Source: Candidatus Multivorans sp. (GTDB lineage: Bacteria; Acidobacteriota; Thermoanaerobaculia; Multivoradales; Multivoraceae). From it: a stretch of 64,000 bases of DNA. How positions within the stretch are numbered: the first letter of the stretch is position 1; every line of letters starts with the position of its first letter. A program made the translations under genes and the position numbers. Shown here piece by piece: positions 60,400 through 64,000 of this stretch. The notes beneath the pieces were generated by a model, which was not told the origin of the DNA, searched no databases, and saw only the letters and a list, made by a program, of their open reading frames with translations. The DNA lies in contig OZ245033.1 of NCBI GenBank assembly GCA_965224025.1, forward strand, positions 352,001 through 416,000. Reading direction: 5' to 3'.

Positions 60400-61683
60400 A
60401 TGCCGGACCGGGCGCCGACTCGCTTCCACACCCTCGTCCTGCCGGCGATCATCGCCCAGTCGATGATCATCGGCGGCGGCTACGCCACGGGCCGGGAGGT
60501 CGTCGAGTACGCCGGCCGCTTCGGCAACCGGGGATGGCTGGCCGTCGCGATCATCACCGTCTGCTTCGCCGTCGTCATGGCGCTGTCCTTCGAGCTGGCG
60601 CGGCTCGCCGGGGCGTACGACTACAAGACGTGGAGCCGGAACCTGGTCGGCCCGTTCTGGTGGCTCGTCGACCTGTTGATTCTGAGCATGATGATGCTCG
60701 TGATCGCGGTGATGACCGCGGCGATCGGTGAGGTGCTGCAGCAGACGGTCGGGCTTCCGAAGCTGCTGAGCCTGGCGATCGCACTTGTGTGCGTCGGGTT
60801 TCTGTCGTGGCGGGGGTCCGGCTTCATCGAGAAGGCGAAGACCTGGGGGAGTGCGGCTCTGTATCTGGGGTATTGCGCGTTCGCGGTGCTGGTGTTGACG
60901 GCGCCGGGTGAGGCGGCGGGTGCGCGGCCGGTGGCGGAGGCGGTCGCGCAGCCGGTGGCGGAGGCGGTCGCGCAGCCGGTGGCGGAGGCGGCGACGGCCG
61001 CGGCCGCCACGGCCGCGACGACCGAAGGAGGCGTACTGGAGGTGATCGTCGCGGCTGTCTTGTACGTCGCCTACAACGTCGCCGTTGTGCCGGCTGTGCT
61101 CTTCTGCCTCCACCGCCAGACCCGGAGGAGCGAGACCTTCTCGTCAGGGGCTCTTGCCGGGGTTGCGATGACGGTGCCGTTCGCGCTGACCCTGGCGTGC
61201 CTTCTCCGGTCTCCGCAGGCCTCCGTGATGGAGGCGGAAGTGCCCTGGCTGCCGCTGATCGGGGCCGCGGCCGATGGCCGCGCCGGCGGGGCTGCGCTGT
61301 GGATCGCGATCTTCGGCTTGGTCGCCGGCTGGACGCTGATCGAGACCGCCGTCGGTTCGATTCATGCGCTCCTGAGGCGGGTCGAGAGCAACCTCGACGA
61401 CCTGCCGCGCCGGTGGATGCCTGCTTCGGGGAGGCTGACGCGGGTGCAGAAGGCGGGGACGGCGGTTGGAGTGCTCGTGGCCGCGGCGGGGCTGTCGACG
61501 TTCGGGATCATCGATCTGGTTGCCAGGGGCTACGGCACGCTGGCTTGGGGGTTCATTGCCCTGGTGGTGGTGCCGCTGTTTGTTGTGGTGCCGTGGCGGG
61601 CGTTCAGGGGTGCCGGCCTTCCGGCCGGCATCAGCCGGAACTCGACGCGGCAGCCGGAGCGGACCGAGACAGGTCGACCTTGA
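60400..61683 (+). CDS. YkvI-like membrane transporter
   Basis: IIGGGYATGREVVEY; about 10 TM segments. Confidence 0.85.
   Translation: MPDRAPTRFHTLVLPAIIAQSMIIGGGYATGREVVEYAGRFGNRGWLAVAIITVCFAVVMALSFELARLAGAYDYKTWSRNLVGPFWWLVDLLILSMMMLVIAVMTAAIGEVLQQTVGLPKLLSLAIALVCVGFLSWRGSGFIEKAKTWGSAALYLGYCAFAVLVLTAPGEAAGARPVAEAVAQPVAEAVAQPVAEAATAAAATAATTEGGVLEVIVAAVLYVAYNVAVVPAVLFCLHRQTRRSETFSSGALAGVAMTVPFALTLACLLRSPQASVMEAEVPWLPLIGAAADGRAGGAALWIAIFGLVAGWTLIETAVGSIHALLRRVESNLDDLPRRWMPASGRLTRVQKAGTAVGVLVAAAGLSTFGIIDLVARGYGTLAWGFIALVVVPLFVVVPWRAFRGAGLPAGISRNSTRQPERTETGRP
60927..60991 (+). repeat. 24-bp coding tandem repeat (about 2.7 copies, PVAEAVAQ)
   Basis: GCCGGTGGCGGAGGCGGTCGCGCA x2 plus a partial copy. 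Confidence 0.9.
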
Positions 61684-61960
61684 CGGTGACCCTGGCGTTG
61701 GCGTCCAAGGCGGCCAACATCTTCATCAGCCGATCCAGCGTGAAGCGCCCGAGATCGGCGTTGCGGATGCGGGAGAAGTCCGCCGCGGCGAACCCTGTGA
61801 GACTCGCCGCCTTGCGCACGACGAGACCACGGTCGTCCAACACCGCGATGATCTGTGCAGCAAGGACAGCCTTGGCCTGCTTGAGATCGGCCTGAGGCTC
61901 GCCGAGGTCTCGGAAGACGTTCCCACTTCCGTGGACAAGCTCGATGTCTTTCTCACTCAA
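61631..61960 (-). CDS. XRE/HigA-like HTH antitoxin
   Basis: GSGNVFRDLG...ADFSRIRNADLGRFTLDRL. Confidence 0.88.
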   Translation of the reverse strand: MSEKDIELVHGSGNVFRDLGEPQADLKQAKAVLAAQIIAVLDDRGLVVRKAASLTGFAAADFSRIRNADLGRFTLDRLMKMLAALDANARVTVKVDLSRSAPAAASSSG

Positions 61961-62082
61961 GGTAGTAGCTCCTCTCTCAGCCGAGCCAAACGCGTCCGGA
62001 CCAGGTCGATCTCACGTTTCGGAGTCTTGATCCCCGTCTTCGACTTCTTCTCGAACGCGCGCAGCACCCACAGCGCGCCGGA
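61957..62082 (-). pseudogene. C-terminal remnant of a RelE/HigB (Gp49-like) toxin
   Basis: LWVLRAFEKKSKTGIKTPKREIDLVRTRL, TTGA overlap with the antitoxin; 5' part absent. Confidence 0.8.
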
Positions 62083-62679
62083 GTGACGGCAGAGAACGCG
62101 GAGCTACACTACCGGCATGGGGATCCCTGCCGGATACTGGAAGAAGCCGGCTTCGCGCCCGGACAGGCCCGTGCCCTGCCCGACCTCATCGCCGACCGGG
62201 AGAGCAGGCTCGTGACGAGCGAAAGCATGACCACCTACGAAAACGACGTTGCGATCCTCAAGAGCGATCTGGGCGAGCTGAAGGTGAGGATGGCGTCGGT
62301 CGAGGAACGTATCGATGGCCTCGTCATGGTCGTCGAGGGCCTTCGGCAGGAGGTCGAGGGTCTCCGGCAGGAGGTCAGGGAAAGGAACGACGCGCTCCGG
62401 CTCGAGTTGACGGCCAAGTTCGAGGCCCTGGAAGCACGCATCGACCGCCGCATGAGCGCCCTGGCCGGCCGCATCGGCAGCCTGGACGGCCGCATCGGCA
62501 GCCTGGCCGGCCGCATCGGCAACCTGGACGGCCGCATCGGCAGCCTGGAGGGCAAGATGGACGGCCTGCTAAGTGAACTCCGGACGCTGAAGTGGACACT
62601 CGGCATCCTCGTCGGCCTCGCGGTGGCCCTTGGCGCGCCGGTCGCGGCCGCCCTGGTTCGGCTCGCCTTCTTCGCCTAG
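62083..62679 (+). CDS. Coiled-coil protein with C-terminal TM anchor (DUF1640-like)
   Basis: LEEAGF..QA, heptad repeats, LKWTLGILVG. Confidence 0.65.
   Translation: MTAENAELHYRHGDPCRILEEAGFAPGQARALPDLIADRESRLVTSESMTTYENDVAILKSDLGELKVRMASVEERIDGLVMVVEGLRQEVEGLRQEVRERNDALRLELTAKFEALEARIDRRMSALAGRIGSLDGRIGSLAGRIGNLDGRIGSLEGKMDGLLSELRTLKWTLGILVGLAVALGAPVAAALVRLAFFA
62461..62553 (+). repeat. 21-bp tandem repeat x4 encoding heptads L(A/D)GRIGS
   Basis: CTGG(C/A)CGGCCGCATCGGCA(G/A)C x4 plus a partial copy. Confidence 0.9.
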
Positions 62680-62708
62680 TTCCCCGCTTCGCGCGCCGGC
62701 CGGCGCCC

Positions 62709-64000
62709 CTACCAGGGCATCGTCCGCCCGGTGTGCTCCCTCCCCACCTCCGCCGAATCCTCCCGCCGGCCCGCGCCGATCATCACCCCCCGGTCGAGCT
62801 GCTGCTCCACATTCCCCGGCAACACGTTGTCGAGGAAGAACATCCCCCGCTCCTTCGTGAGTTCCAGCGCCATGTCGCCGGCGGCGACGACTTCGGGGGG
62901 AAGCGGCGGGTCGGCGCGGCCTTCGAGGTGGCCGTGGGAGAGGCCCAGGTCGCGGGGGCCGTGTTCGGCGAAGGCGAGGCCGGGGACGGAGAGGGTTTCG
63001 GCGGCTCGGTCGAGAGCCTGCTGGTCTTCGAGTTTGACGCCGAGCATGATCTCGCCTTCGGGGTTGAGGGGCCAGACGTCGGCTTTCCGGAGGTACTCCT
63101 GGGCGTTCAGGCCCCAGACCCAGGCGGCGAAGGTGTGGCTGCCCCAGCCGCGGAGGCCCTCGCCTACGACGTCGATGGCCTGCTTGTGGATCGGGTAGCG
63201 GGCGGCCTGGACGAAGCGCTTGACTCCTTCGGGGTCGCGGGCGCGGGCGAGGTGGACGCCGTGGACGCCCTGGGCGAGGGCCTGTTGGACCATCCAGCCG
63301 CCGGCTGTGACGGTCGCTTCGTCTAAGCCGAGCAGAGGCAGGGAGACGATGACGGTCGGCGTCCGGTGGCCGCTCAGGGTGGGACCGGCATCGACGAGGC
63401 CGCGCATGAACTCGCGGAGCGCCGCGAAGTCGAGGGCCATGTGCTCGACGTTGTAGATGATGTAGTCGCCCCAGGTGTTGGCCATGCGCATGCCTTCTTC
63501 GTAGCCGCCGGTGGAGGCGTCGTAGTAGATGGGCTGAGCCCGCTCGAGGAGTTCGATGGACTTGTTGATCCGCTGGGGCTGGTAGTCGGACGCGGCGCGG
63601 GCCGCGTCGAAGCCCTTGCCGAAGCCGGGGGACGAGGTGGTCTGGCGGTAGGTCGGCAGCAGGCGGAGTTCGGTGGCGGAACGGAGGTCGCCCCAGAGGG
63701 TCAGGTGGCGTCCGGTGGCGGAGTGGACGACGCCCCAAGCGTCGCCGCCTACGACGACCCGGCCGGCGAGATCGACGGCGGGGAGGAGTGCCGAGACGTC
63801 GACCTGGGTCTGGTGGCTGGACGCCGAGTAGGAGGTTCCGAGCACCTGGAGTTCCCTGCCGTCTTCCAGGAACTCGGGCAGTCCGGCGGTGTTCCCTTCG
63901 CCCGCGGCGCCATCGCGGAACATGGACGCGCTGACGATCGCGGTGCCGTCGCTCTCAAGCGAGCCCGAGACGATGTTGTTGCTGAAGCGCGTCGGCTCTA
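62709..64000 (-). CDS. Multidomain protein with C-terminal HpcH/HpaI aldolase-like domain (5' end beyond window)
   Basis: YNVEH, FVQAARYP, GLRGWG, GVKLED, EHGPRDLG; frame open to 64000. Confidence 0.75.
   Translation of the reverse strand, partial: EPTRFSNNIVSGSLESDGTAIVSASMFRDGAAGEGNTAGLPEFLEDGRELQVLGTSYSASSHQTQVDVSALLPAVDLAGRVVVGGDAWGVVHSATGRHLTLWGDLRSATELRLLPTYRQTTSSPGFGKGFDAARAASDYQPQRINKSIELLERAQPIYYDASTGGYEEGMRMANTWGDYIIYNVEHMALDFAALREFMRGLVDAGPTLSGHRTPTVIVSLPLLGLDEATVTAGGWMVQQALAQGVHGVHLARARDPEGVKRFVQAARYPIHKQAIDVVGEGLRGWGSHTFAAWVWGLNAQEYLRKADVWPLNPEGEIMLGVKLEDQQALDRAAETLSVPGLAFAEHGPRDLGLSHGHLEGRADPPLPPEVVAAGDMALELTKERGMFFLDNVLPGNVEQQLDRGVMIGAGRREDSAEVGREHTGRTMPW

Noticed and set aside
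62461-62553. CRISPR array (also considered for 60927-60991)
   Set aside because: Contiguous in-frame repeats without spacers, and no cas genes.
124-63958. Many long Arg/Pro/Ala-rich or antisense ORFs in the track
   Set aside because: Shadow frames of high-GC genes, overlapping motif-supported CDSs.

Overview
High-GC bacterial DNA. The gene repertoire (Oar-type TonB receptor, PQQ dehydrogenases, DUF3604 proteins, WFF/VKVLNGC-type secreted repeat) suggests Acidobacteriota, but this is inference. The window is a mosaic of catabolic and periplasmic enzyme genes, a defence islet (DUF4145, Fic, type III R-M with an ISL3-truncated Mod), four IS elements (IS110, ISL3, IS3, IS21 remnant), three toxin-antitoxin modules, REP hairpins and many gene remnants. 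Highlights: (1) an apparently complete IS110 bridge-recombinase element (10785-12436) whose upstream ncRNA carries three clear guides and one partial guide matching its own target and donor around an AG/CT core; (2) a transposase-less mini-element with the same ends at about 47.6-47.9 kb; (3) a selenoprotein iodothyronine-deiodinase homologue (FGSYT-UGA-PPF plus SECIS-like hairpin) that the ORF track splits in two; (4) a B12 acyl-CoA mutase whose active-site motifs are extensively rewritten. All calls come from manual reading; no searches were run.
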